DNA of 64,000 nucleotides from Octopus vulgaris (Eukaryota), in assembly GCA_951406725.2 (NCBI GenBank), contig OX597824.1, forward strand, positions 17,856,001-17,920,000, given 5' to 3'. Under the pieces are notes generated by a model, which saw nothing but the letters and a program-made list of their open reading frames with translations, was not told the origin of the DNA and did no database searches. How positions within the stretch are numbered: position 1 is the first letter of the stretch; every line of letters begins with the position of its first letter. Position numbers and translations under genes: made by a program. Positions 13,832 through 26,651 of the stretch are shown one piece after another.

Positions 13832-14893
13832 TATATGAATCTTTACTCATACACATGCGCGCACACACACGCATACATATATGCATGCATACACTCGTAC
13901 ATACATGCATACATACATGCATGCATATATATATGTATATACATAATATCGCATTCACAAACACACACCACCTACCAATACAATGTTAGCGAAAAACAGT
14001 TGATAAAATAAAACGTCAAATAAATAACTACACGCACACAAACACACGTATATATATATATATATACACACACACACAAAGAAGGCAAGAATAAAGACAC
14101 AGAGCTAAACCTTAAATTATTCACAAACTAATTGTTTCTAAATGATAATGCCTAGCTGGTATGCTCTGCATTATTCTGTTGTGACCATAGCGAGTAATGA
14201 CACTCTACGCCGTGCAGCTGTGAAAAAGGATAACCCCGTCTCCAATAGACGAACTAGTTCATTGAGTGAATAGAAAAGAGATATCATCCTTTTTCTTTTC
14301 CTTTTTCCCTGTCATGACCTCAACTTTACATACTGAACTGAGAATAGAACGAGGGCGGGTGAGAGAAGTGTTAAAGAAGAACTGTTATATTTAGTGATGT
14401 TGTTTGTGGTGTACATTTTACGTTTGTATTCCCTTTTCTTGTAGTACACACGCACACATCAGTGTAGATATTTATACTGTTTTATAGTTATTTTTTATGT
14501 AAATTTTGTTTTGTAAACCTCTGCCAAAGGCTAACTATCGGTGGAATTCAACAGCTACACTTCCAAGTTTATGCATCACGCATGCACACCTAAAATCTCC
14601 ATCAGCGAACTCATTTGCTAACACTCCTCCGATCTGTTTCAGAGCATTATAATATAATGAGGCATCAAAGGAATATGTGTGTGTGTTTGTCTGTCTGTAT
14701 TGATGTATGTATGTATATATATATATTAGATAACCGAAAGGGCTCACACACATCAGAAAGAAACTTCTTCCAAACAGATTAATGGTGTTCTGATAAAGAA
14801 TTTACAAGTTTGTTTTCAACGAATAATTGTTGAAAAAGACCTTTTTTATACTTGGTAAATCTACATCAAGTAATTTTCATGGAGACATATAGA

Positions 14894-15000
<107 letters not shown>

Positions 15001-15006
15001 GTATAC

Positions 15007-15080
<74 letters not shown>

Positions 15081-15082
<2 letters not shown>

Positions 15083-15481
15083 CGCAGGAGTGGCTGTGTG
15101 GTAAGTAGCTTGCTAACCAACCACATGGTTCCGGGTTCAGTCCGACTGCGTGGCATCTTGGACAAGTGTTTTCTGCTATAGCCCCGGGCCGACCAATGTA
15201 TTGTGAGTGGATTTGGTAGACGGAAACTGAAAGAAGCCTGTCGTATATATGTATATATATATATGTATGTGTGTGTTTGTTTGTGTGTCTGTGTTTGTCC
15301 CCCTAGCATTGCTTGACAACCGATGCTGGTGTGTTCACGTCCCCGTCACTCAGCGGTTCGGCAAAATAGACCGATAGGTTAAGTACTGGGCTTACAAAGA
15401 ATAAGTCCCGTAGTCGATTTGCTCGACTAAAGGCGGTGCTTCAGCATGGCCGCAGTCAAATGACTGAAACAAGTAAAAGAG
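15081..15481 (+). mobile_element. SINE family A inserted in (TA)n
   Basis: Full-length match, flanked by TA runs. Confidence 0.92.
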
Positions 15482-15522
15482 AGAAAGAAAAGATATATAT
15501 GTATATATATATATATATATAC

Positions 15523-15740
15523 ATTTGTTTGTTTTGCAAGATTCTTGATGTGAAATCGTGTGTTGAAACAGATATTGTTGTATTTGGGGATGGTCATGTT
15601 GCCAGTTTAGCCAATAAAAACACACGCACTATATATTTGGTGTTAATTTGTCTCAGCTCTATTTTATTTTTTTGCAATAATTGTATTTCGGCCAGAGTTC
15701 TTTCGTCACACTTCTGTAACCTCATCAGTGGTTCTTTGCT
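15523..15740 (-). mobile_element. Penelope-like pseudo-LTR: hammerhead motif followed by ORF start [25 protein letters not shown]
   Basis: Hammerhead core at 15731-15692, then an ATG peptide conserved at 19108, 45673 and 61272; adjacent to (TA)n. Confidence 0.6.
15692..15731 (-). ncRNA. Candidate minimal type I hammerhead ribozyme
   Basis: CCA-CUGAUGA-G-GUUACA-GAAG-UGUGAC-GAA-AG-AA-CU-C-UGG: intact core, stems I/II/III, one extra G before stem II. Confidence 0.55.
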
Positions 15741-16164
15741 ATTGTAAACAGCATAAAAACGACAGAATAATAATTTCAAATTACAGGCGTATTTCATGAA
15801 GCAAAATATTTCAACGGTCCAGAATAAACGGCCTCTTTACATGCCCCAATATTGCACAAGGATTCTTCAGAGAAAAGTTTAATATTTCCGAACACTAACA
15901 ATACCCACAACGCAGGTATTGTCAGGGAAGTGGCATTTGGAAATTGAAATTTTATATGAAGGATTGTAATAATTATTCTCTTTCTTCATAACGTTTTGTT
16001 ATTTCTTTTATCTTTTTTTTTTTGTTTTGCCTGTGAAGTTTTTTTTATATAATTCGTCAAATTACGTATAATATCTTTTCCAACACTCCCTGTCTTTGTG
16101 CATCATCTCTATCTTACCCTACATATCTTTGTAACTTCCCTGTTCATCTTTACCGTGTATGTAT

Positions 16165-16570
16165 CTTTTTTTACTTGTTTCAGTCATTTGACTGCGGCCA
16201 TGCTGGAGCACCTCCTTTAGTCGATCGAGCAAATCGACTCCGGGACTTATTCTTTGTAAGCCCAGTACTTATTCTATCGGTCTCTTTTGCCGAACCGCTA
16301 AGTGACGGGGACGTAAACACACCAGCATCGGTTGTCAAGCAATGCTAGGGGGACAAACACAGACACACAAACATATACACACACACATATATATATAAAT
16401 ACATATATACGACAGGCTTCTTTCAGTTTCCGTCTACCAAATCTACTCACAAGGCATTGGTCGGCCCGGGGCTATAGCAGAAGATATTTGCCCAAGATGC
16501 CACGCAGTGGGACTGAACCCGCAACCATGTGGTTGGTTAGCAAGCTACTTACCACACAGCCACTCCTGCG
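16165..16570 (-). mobile_element. SINE family A, full length
   Basis: Reverse complement match; inverted relative to the similar copy at 15081-15481. Confidence 0.92.
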
Positions 16571-16659
16571 TATTTTTTATTATTTGTCACTCTGCATGGC
16601 GTTATGGTTACTAAAGGAAAATGATCATGTTTAGGTTTATCGCTGGCTCTTTATCAATT

Positions 16660-17600
16660 CCGTGTTGGTCAAAATTGCTTCTTATCCTTTCGAGGTCGAT
16701 AAATTAAAGTACCAACCAAGTACTGAGGGTGATATAATCGACTTGCCCCAAATTCCAGAGTTTGTAGCTATATTAAGCATAATAAATATTTTGATTATAT
16801 ATAAGCTTTTCGGAGAAAATATTTCGTACAGTTCCTTCTGATGATCTTTCTGACATCAAATTCTACCGAAATTAACATTTCATCCTTCCGGTGTCAATAA
16901 AAATTAATGCCAGTCAAGAAATAGGGTTGGTAAAATTGCTGGCTTTGTGCTAAAATTTGAAGCAATTATAATTGGGATTATTATTACGGCGGCAAAAGGC
17001 GACGAGTTGGCAGAATCGTTAGCGTGCCGGGCAAAATGTTTCGCGGTATTTCGCCTGTCGTTACGTTCTGTGATCAAATTCCGACGAGGTCGACTCTGCC
17101 TTTCACCCCATCCGGGTCGATTAAATAAGTACCAGTTACGCCAAGCTGCCCTTGTGTAAAAAAAAAAAAAAGATGAAATCATTATTAAGGTGGTGTGCTG
17201 ACAGAATCGTTAGTAAGCCGGGGAAAATGCTTAGCGGCATTTCGTCTGCTGTTTAGTTTTGAGTTCAAATCCCACTGAGATCACCTTGATCTTTCATCCC
17301 TTCGGGGACGATGAAAAAATAATTACTAATTGAACACTGGGGTCAATGTAATCGACTTAACTCCTTCCCCAAAATTGTTGCCCTTGTGGCAAAATTTGAA
17401 ACCATTATGAAGCTGGTAAGCTGGTAGAATCAGCGCTTCGAACAGTATAGTTCACGGCATTTCTACCAGCTCTTCAAGTTCGTAACTGAAACCAATTCCG
17501 CATTCTACCTCTCCGAATCAATTAAATAACTTACCCGTAAAGTCCTGGGATTCCGATAATGGATATAACCCTCCATTCAATCCTGCAGGCCTTACTGCAT
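16660..17600 (+). mobile_element. Cluster of 4-5 old and young SINE B copies
   Basis: Repeated CTTTCATCC..GGTCGAT..AAGTACC core; older tail CCCCAAAATTG..CTTGTG..AAATTTGAA; clearest copies at 16997-17140 and 17188-17405. Confidence 0.75.
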
Positions 17601-17723
17601 ACTTTTTCCTTCCATAATTGGAGTTAAAAAGTATTAAATTTCGCATTATTCACTCATTATTGTATTATCGTCAATGAATCTAAAGGTGAAATAACTTTAG
17701 ACGTTAAAAAGTTTCTTTACGCG

Positions 17724-17792
<69 letters not shown>

Positions 17793-17916
17793 TATTGTAA
17801 ATGAAGAGGTGTCTTTCTCTAAACACACAGATATGTATATAATGTTATATTTTTTATAGCAAACAAATATCTTGATATGTATATACGCGTGTGTGTATAC
17901 ATACATACATACATAC

Positions 17917-17968
<52 letters not shown>

Positions 17969-18507
17969 GTCTAACTGTCCGGATGTTTTATTGTCCTCTA
18001 TTGCGTTTTTGCTCCATTTTATACAGATATGTGCGTGTGTATACATACACGCGTGCGTGCGTGCGTGTGTGTGGACGCATACATACAGAGAGATAAGTAG
18101 ATAGTTACATAAATAGATAGATATATAGATAGACAGATGCACACATGCCACACACACACACACGCACACACAAACACACTTGTCCTACTTACATTGATTT
18201 ACAAGGCAAATGAAAGAATCTTTGGAATTATTCAGGAGTGGTAGAGGAGGGAGGGTTAGGCATAATGAGTGTGTTAATGGGGTCATATTTGCTTCTCAGA
18301 AAGGGGTTCTTTTGGAACTGGTGTTTACAAAAGCCCGAATACTAAACAATGCCATAGAATCACTATCGTCATAGCTTCCAGCCACGGTTCACATTTCGCA
18401 GGGTCATTTAGTTGCGTGTGACTGTGTCACTGTGTCACTGTGTACGTGTGTGAGTGTGTGCCTATGTGCACTCTGATAAATACATCTTCCCACCACCCAC
18501 AAGTAGT

Positions 18508-18526
18508 GCTGCCACCTGCTGGCAGC
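18508..18526 (-). promoter_or_regulatory. CTCF-consensus site overlapping E-box CACCTG
   Basis: Minus strand CCAGCAGGTGGCAG matches CCASYAGRKGGCRS exactly, in unique sequence. Confidence 0.45.
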
Positions 18527-18635
18527 CGCATGGAACCGTTTGTACAACTGACCAATTCATCCTAATCTCGTGAATTGCGTTCACAGAGTGACCTCGATTT
18601 CTGGATCTCATCGAGTTTCCAAACTTAACTGCAAA

Positions 18636-18654
18636 ACTACTACTACTACTACTA

Positions 18655-18726
<72 letters not shown>

Positions 18727-18753
18727 ATACTACTACCACCATCACCATCACTT

Positions 18754-18817
<64 letters not shown>

Positions 18818-18859
18818 TTCTACTACTTCTACTACTATGATGATGATATAATAATAATG

Positions 18860-18914
<55 letters not shown>
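18636..18914. repeat. (CTA)n then (AAT)n trinucleotide microsatellite
   Basis: Directly visible. Confidence 0.95.
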
Positions 18915-18915
<1 letters not shown>

Positions 18916-19205
18916 CTGTTGTGTCTGGGTAGAGTCATTTTCTTTTTTTTGTGCCTTATAATATAACACACTCACCGGTAAAATTTCCACTTTTTTTCTT
19001 ATTTTTATTATTAAAAATATTCTTATTATTAAAAATAAAAATAAGAAAGAAAGTGGAAATTTTACCGGTGAGTGTGTTATATTATAAGGCACAAAAAAAA
19101 TAGAAAATGACTCTCCCTAGACACAGCAGAATATGCTTCAACACACGAACTCACATAAAGAATCTTGCAAACCAAATCCAAAATAATGATAATAATATTG
19201 GTGTA
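18915..19205. mobile_element. Inverted pair of Penelope-like termini (palindrome 18915-19130)
   Basis: ~95-bp near-perfect inverted arms; the right arm continues into MTLPRHSRICFNTRTHIKNLANQIQ. Confidence 0.65.
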
Positions 19206-19377
19206 AAAACAACATCCAATCATGAATTTATTTATTTATTTATTTTTTAAATACATATTTTACCTGTGAATTTGCGCGTGTAATCTGGGAATGCATACAA
19301 TGAGCTTGTCTGCCCTAGGTGTACGGAAAACACCCTGCGAGAAATGGAAGAAAATTTGAAGAAAGAAGGAAATGATG

Positions 19378-19443
<66 letters not shown>

Positions 19444-19447
19444 GTAA

Positions 19448-19710
19448 AGTCCAATGTGACTCCCTAATCGTGGCTTGGAAACCAATAGATAAATGGACAG
19501 AAGAATCCAAGATCATAGATGTTGCATTACCTGGAGATGAACGCATAAGTGACAAAGAAGTAATGAATATTGGTAAGTACTGACTACTAAAAGACGGAAT
19601 TGCAAGAATGTGGACTATGAGAAGAGTGTCTGTCATTGTAGCAGTTCTAGCGGCACTCGGAACACTAACAACCAAGTTTGAGAAATACGTCAAAGAAATC
19701 GGAATTGACA
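19448..19710 (+). pseudogene. Restriction-like endonuclease domain fragment of an R4/Dong-type non-LTR retrotransposon
   Basis: VQCDSLIVAWKP-IDK...SKIIDVALPGDERISDKE..IGKY*LLKDGIARMWTMRRVSVIVAVLAALGTL fits the RLE pattern KPD..IIDVAIPGD..KY..L..LW..V.P.V.GALG; adjacent to (AAT)n. Confidence 0.85.
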
Positions 19711-19721
19711 ACAGATCAGAA

Positions 19722-20352
19722 TAAGAACTAGCGGCAGACGAATACCTATTTCTTTACTACCTACAAGGGGCTAAACATAGAGGGGACAAACAAGGACAGA
19801 CATACGGATTAAGTCGATTACATCGACCCCAATGCGTAACTGGTACTGAATTTATCGACCCCGAAAGGATAAAAGGCAAAGTCGACCTCAGCGGAATTTG
19901 AACTCAGAACGTAACGGCAGACGAAATACCGCTAAGCATTTCGCCCGGCGTGCTAAAGTTTCTGCCGGCTCGCCGCCTTCGCCATCATGGAATATTCTTT
20001 TTTACTCTAGGCACAAGGCCCGAATTTTTTGTGGGGAGGAGGCCAGTCGATTAGATCGATTCCAGGACGCAAATGGTACTTAATGTATTGTCCCCGAAAG
20101 GATGAAAGGCAAAGTCGACCTCGGCGACTTAGAACGTAACGGCAGACGAAATACTGTTACGCATTTCGCCCGGCGTGCTAAAGATTCTGCCAGCTGGCCG
20201 CGTTTAAACGGTAGAAATATTCTTTTCTACTGTAGGTACAAGGCCCAAAATTTTGGGGAGGGGGGACCAGTCGATTTGATTGTTCCCAGTATGCAACTGG
20301 TACTTAATGTATCAACCTCGAAAGGATGAAAGGAAAGGTTGACCTCGGCCAC
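19722..20352 (-). mobile_element. Three adjacent SINE B copies
   Basis: Heads at about 19978 and 20200; young tail with unit junction at about 19741; older CTTGTGCCTAGAGTAAAA tails. Confidence 0.85.
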
Positions 20353-20557
20353 ATTTTGGGCTAGGCCAGGTCTCACCTTATAGCACCACTTGACTGAATC
20401 AATCAAAATAAACAGAAACGCCGCTGAAATTAACTTCAATTTATATTCAAATAAAGAACACAGACATCTTTGATTTACTTTAATTAAGACTGGTTCGATT
20501 TCGCATAATGTTATGCAACAAAAAAGAAAAAAAGAAAACGAAGCATGTGAAAACGAA

Positions 20558-20728
20558 GGCGCAGGAGTGGCTGTGTGGTAAGTAGCTTGCTAACCAACCA
20601 CATGGTTGCGGGTTCAGTCCCACTGCGTGGCATCTTGGGCAAGTGTCTTCTGCTATAGCCCCGGGCCGACCAATGCCTTGTGAGTGGATTTGGTAGACGG
20701 AAACTGAAAGAAGCCTGTCGTATATATG

Positions 20729-20765
<37 letters not shown>

Positions 20766-20983
20766 TTGTGTGTCTGTGTTTGTCCCCCTAGCATTGCTTG
20801 ACAACCGATGCTGGTGTGTCTACGTCCCCGCCACTTAGCGGTTCGGCAAATGAGACCGATAGAATAAGTACTGGGCTTACAAAGAATAAGTTCCGGGGTC
20901 GATTTGATCGACTAAAGGCGGTGCTCCAGCATGGCCGCAGTCAAATGACTGAAACAAGTAAAAGAGTAAAAGAGTAAAAAGAG
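20558..20983 (+). mobile_element. SINE family A, full length
   Basis: GGCGCAGGAGTGGCTGTGTGG head, (GTAAAAGA)x3 tail. Confidence 0.92.
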
Positions 20984-21030
20984 TATGTTTTATAATTTAC
21001 AACATCCATTCAAAGTCATGTTTTAATTTA

Positions 21031-21253
21031 CAGTAATCCAGCGCCATATCGCGGTTCGCCTATCGCGGTTTATTGTTTAAGCATACATCGATTCTTCCAT
21101 GATGTTGTTTTGCATTTGTGACAAAATAAATATATACAAATTATAAAAATGATAAGAAAGAAATACAATACACTACTGTTTATACTTCGCGGATTTTCAC
21201 TTATCGCGAAGGGCTTTGGAATGTAACATCCGCGGTAGTCGGGAGGATTACTG
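21031..21253. mobile_element. Tigger/pogo-like MITE
   Basis: TIR CAGTAATCC.../...GGATTACTG, TA TSD on both sides, subterminal TATCGCG motifs. Confidence 0.8.
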
Positions 21254-21651
21254 TATATCACAGACTAATTAGTTAAGCTAAACTTCCACGATATTAATAA
21301 TATGTATGGGCAAACACTTATATGCATAATAAAAGATACGACTGTCTCCAACGTAATTTTAAGTTAAAATGCACATGTATTCCGTGTTCATATCAAGAAG
21401 AAGATGCATGTTTGTGTGTTCTGTGTCTGCATGTCTCTGCTTTTACTTCAATATATGCTTAATCATATGTATGAGAGTTTTAATGTGTACGTGGAATGCT
21501 CTTATCTGAGTGACTTGCGTATATTTAGTCGGTAGTGCATGCGTGAATATTCGATTACAAGCTTCTGTGTGTGTCTATAAACAATTGCATACGTGTGTCT
21601 GTCAGTGTATATATACATACCTGGTGTGCGTGTATTTGTATGCATGTATAT

Positions 21652-21682
<31 letters not shown>

Positions 21683-21733
21683 CATGTATGTGTGTAATGT
21701 GTGTGTATGTGTGTGTATATATATATATATATG

Positions 21734-21791
<58 letters not shown>

Positions 21792-22296
21792 TATATGTAC
21801 GTATGTTTGTATGTATTGTGTACTTTTAAATCCTGCCGTTGTGTGTTTCTGTCTAATGGAGTATATTGAATGTATACGATAATCTTTTGGTATGAAACTT
21901 CACTTGTCATTTAATGAAATCAAAGTAGATTTCAGAAGGAAAAAATATATATATATATCGCAAAAGGAGAAAACTAAAATAAAATGTAAACAGGGTTTAA
22001 CAAAAGACAGAAAGAGAGAGAGAGAGAAAGTGTCTGACAGGAACAGAGAGGCAGGAAAATATAGAGGGTGAGTGAGGGAGTGAGTGAGTGAGGGAGTAAG
22101 TGAGTCTGCCTGGATATATGTATTTGTGAGTCTGTGTGAGGATGTAATGTATGTGTGTGATAATTAGACAAAAGAAATGGAAATAGAAAAAAAGTTGAGA
22201 AAACAGAAAATTAGAGCATAAATGAAGAGAGGACTTATTCTTGTTCAAAGTGAAATTAAGAAAGGATATGAACATGAAGACGTGTGTGTATATATA

Positions 22297-22355
<59 letters not shown>

Positions 22356-22364
22356 GTATTATAC

Positions 22365-22411
<47 letters not shown>

Positions 22412-22721
22412 TATATATAAACAGATATATATATATATATACATATATGCATAAATATATACACCATTATATGTACACATATATATATATATAAACATAT
22501 ATATATATATATATATATCTTCATCTTTTGTTTTTTGTAAATTCCAGCTATATATGTATATATGTATATATGTATATATGTATATATATATGTATGTATA
22601 TATAAATACATATAGATATACATATATATATGTGTGTATAAGTGCATGTATAATATATATATATCTATATATACACAAACACAATCACACAAGCACATAC
22701 ACATACTCACTCACACACACA

Positions 22722-22786
<65 letters not shown>

Positions 22787-23422
22787 CATACATATATAAA
22801 TGCAGCACAGAATATATGCATTTAGCATAAACTATTTGCCTCGAAAGATGATCAAAGAAGGCTAAAGTATTTTGTGCGATTATCCGTATAATAATACAAT
22901 GGAGAGCGAATTGATTATAGAAGGACGACGGATATGTGACGAACATCATAGTCATCATGACCAGCCACAGCCGGTATCAAGAGGCTGATAATGATAATGA
23001 TGATGGTGATGATGACGGTGAAGATGGTGATGATGATAAGCAAGACGATGGAAGTGATGGAAGGCGATGGAGGTGGGTAGGGACAAGGAAAGGCGTAGCG
23101 GTATCGGGAACGTGGTGTTTGGGGTCGGAATAGAAGGAAATTAATGGCGGTAGCGGTGATACAGATATTAGAATTTCTGTGTAAATGAACTGGTGGTGGT
23201 GGTGGTGGTGGTGATGGTGATGGTCGTCGTCGTCGTCGTTGTAGTGGCGGTGGCGCTGGTGGGGCGTTGTTATGGCACGAGTGAATGAGATGGGCTGAGG
23301 GTTTACAAGAAAGCAATAGAATTATAATAAGATTAAAATTAAAGCATTTCAAAGAATTTGGTGTTTGTTCATGAGAAAAGAAAAGTAAAAGTCCAACAGC
23401 AAACAGAAATGAGCATAGAGCC

Positions 23423-23521
<99 letters not shown>

Positions 23522-24165
23522 CGTGTCTATATATATATATATGCATATAAATATATATATATACATATATATGTATGTATATGTATACGTATATATGTAT
23601 GTATATGTATACGTATATGTATGTATGTTTGTATATATATATATATATATATATGTCTGTATGTATATGCCTTTATATCTGCACTTACATATACATGCAT
23701 GCATATATATATGTGTGTGTAAAGTATAAGGTGAATGAAAATACATATAAAATTTTCAAAATTTTGGGATATCACAAAAAAAAAAAAAGAAAAAGAAAAT
23801 GCGTAAATTATACTAATAAATATTAATAAAACGGAATGAGACAAAAATAAGTAAAACAGAAACAATACATTGGAAGAAAAATTATGGTAAAGAACATCTC
23901 TGAATAATTTGCTGAGAAATTTCTTATTCTAGGACTTTTATGTTTTCCATTGAAAAGTAGAATTTCTAGACAACATCAACAGATTAACAAAATAATTGTT
24001 ACGTGTGTCCTGAATGCACGATTGTTTAACCAATTTTTTTTTTTTCCATTTTAGCTTGTAAATTTCGAAGGATTTGGCATAAATGGATTAATGAACACTA
24101 CATACATACTTACATGCATACATATACATATAGGCACACACATATATATATATGCATATGTACAG

Positions 24166-24264
<99 letters not shown>

Positions 24265-24459
24265 TACATACGCACATATATATATACGCATATATGCATG
24301 AATGTATATATGCACATATATATATATATATACATGTCGTTAATAGTTATAGAAGCGTGTGCACATCGATAAACAACCACATTTATTTCCGCACACGAGG
24401 AAACATATCTTTCATATAAGCAATTAGAGTTAAGATTTAAACATATATATATATATATC

Positions 24460-24537
<78 letters not shown>

Positions 24538-24571
24538 TATATATGTAAATATACATATGTATGTATGTATG

Positions 24572-24611
<40 letters not shown>

Positions 24612-25066
24612 TGTGTAAACACACACACTGATAGATAGGGAGAGAAAGAAAGAGGCTGAGAAACAACCAGAAAGAGATTTAGAAGTGAAAAGTAGATGCA
24701 TTTGAGAGAGAGAGAGAGTACGTGTATGTGTATGTGTACTCGCTAGTACCTGCTTGTATGTGATCCTGTCTGTGTGCGATTGTGCGTAATGAAATAGCTT
24801 TTAAAAAATTCTTTTTCCATTAATCCTACTAAGAAATTTATGCAGATTAGATTTTTAGGTTTTAATATTTGTTTACTTAGGTTTATAATTTCTTTCATTA
24901 CATCCGTATACTTTTGCTCTGGATTGTTCTTTTTTAATGTAAGCCTGAAGTGGCATGGTGTTCTGTGTTTTCTCTATATTCTTATTAACGGTATTGTGCT
25001 TCGCATTTATGTATTTTTGTTATTGCAGCTGTATGCATCATTAATTTATTATTATTATCATTATTA

Positions 25067-25148
<82 letters not shown>

Positions 25149-25283
25149 CATTATTATTATCGTTATTATTATTATTATCATCATCATCATCATCATCATC
25201 ATCATCGTCATCATTATTAATAGCTGTATTCCTTTTTAATAATTTCCTTCGGTCCCCATCCACATTCAGTTATCCATTTAACC

Positions 25284-25358
<75 letters not shown>

Positions 25359-25665
25359 TGTATATATATGTATGCGTGTGTGTGTGTGTGTGTTTTATCC
25401 ATCCATACACACGCATACATATATATAGTTTACATTTTTTGTATGAATTACTTTATTTGTTTGTAGAGTAATGTATTGTCTGCGATAATTTTATTACCGA
25501 TTTTATATGATTAATGGATATTCTGTTACAATTAGAAAAATACCTCTAAGTGAATAAGATATTGTATGACATACAAAATATCATTTATTTCATTGGATAT
25601 AACTAGGACTGTGATACGAAATATTTATACAGACTCGTAAATATCATATACGTGTATAAAAGTAC

Positions 25666-25717
<52 letters not shown>

Positions 25718-25744
25718 ACACACACACGCAAACACACACATATA

Positions 25745-25988
25745 TAAGAGTTATAGAATGAAGTAGATAAAATCCGGGCTACATATGTTTCGCAGCCCGT
25801 GGAACCTCGGAAGTGGTTAATATCCAAGTGAGGTGTATACGGCAGGCTAATCGTCAGGCCAAGGGGATCTTGATTGAGTGAAAGTTCATCTTGTTGCGAA
25901 GTGTTACATTTTAACACATAGAAGATTCGATCAGAATGTGAACGCTGTCTTTTATATTTACTACGGATTGCTTGAAGCTAACTTTCTT

Positions 25989-25990
<2 letters not shown>
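25745..25990 (-). mobile_element. Probable Penelope-like terminus carrying a hammerhead ribozyme
   Basis: Unique ~240-bp island between TA/CA microsatellites containing a type I hammerhead. Confidence 0.55.
25777..25860 (-). ncRNA. Type I hammerhead ribozyme candidate with palindromic stem III
   Basis: GGC-CUGACGA-U-UAGCCUG...CGGGCUG-C-GAA-ACAUAUGU-A-GCC: stem I GGC/GCC, 7-bp stem II, self-complementary ACAUAUGU, GUA cleavage triplet; pair 10.1-11.1 is U-C. Confidence 0.7.
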
Positions 25991-26048
<58 letters not shown>

Positions 26049-26117
26049 CAAAGACACATATCTTGAGTGTTTGGCAAATAATCAGGTGGCTGGGGTTCGA
26101 TCTCAGTTCGTAAAAAG

Positions 26118-26322
26118 TGGAGGCGTGTGGCTTAGTGGTTAGGGTGTTGAACTCATGATCGTAAGGTTGTGGTTTCGATTCCAGGACCGGGCGATGCATT
26201 GTGTTCTTAAGCAAAACACCTCATTTTGCCGTATTTCCAGTCCACTCAGCTGGCAAAAATGAGTAATCTTGCGACGTGGGGAATTTCCACGCCAATGAAA
26301 CCGGGAAACCGGCCCTATGCTC
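26118..26322 (+). mobile_element. SINE family D (tRNA head, CORE-like body)
   Basis: GGAGGCGTGTGGCTTAGTGGTTAG (A box), GGTTTCGATTCC (B box), CTTAAGCAAAACACCTCA..CACTCAGCTGGCAAAAATGAGTA body; tail GAAACCGGGAAACCGGCCC. Confidence 0.75.
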
Positions 26323-26339
26323 CACAAAGAGCAAAAAGG

Positions 26340-26651
<312 letters not shown>

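Noticed and set aside
22915-23352. 145-aa Pro/Arg/Ile-rich ORF with apparent transmembrane segment
   Set aside because: The composition comes from (CCA)/(CGA)/(CAT) repeats and I recognise no domain; only the acceptor site was kept as a speculative finding.
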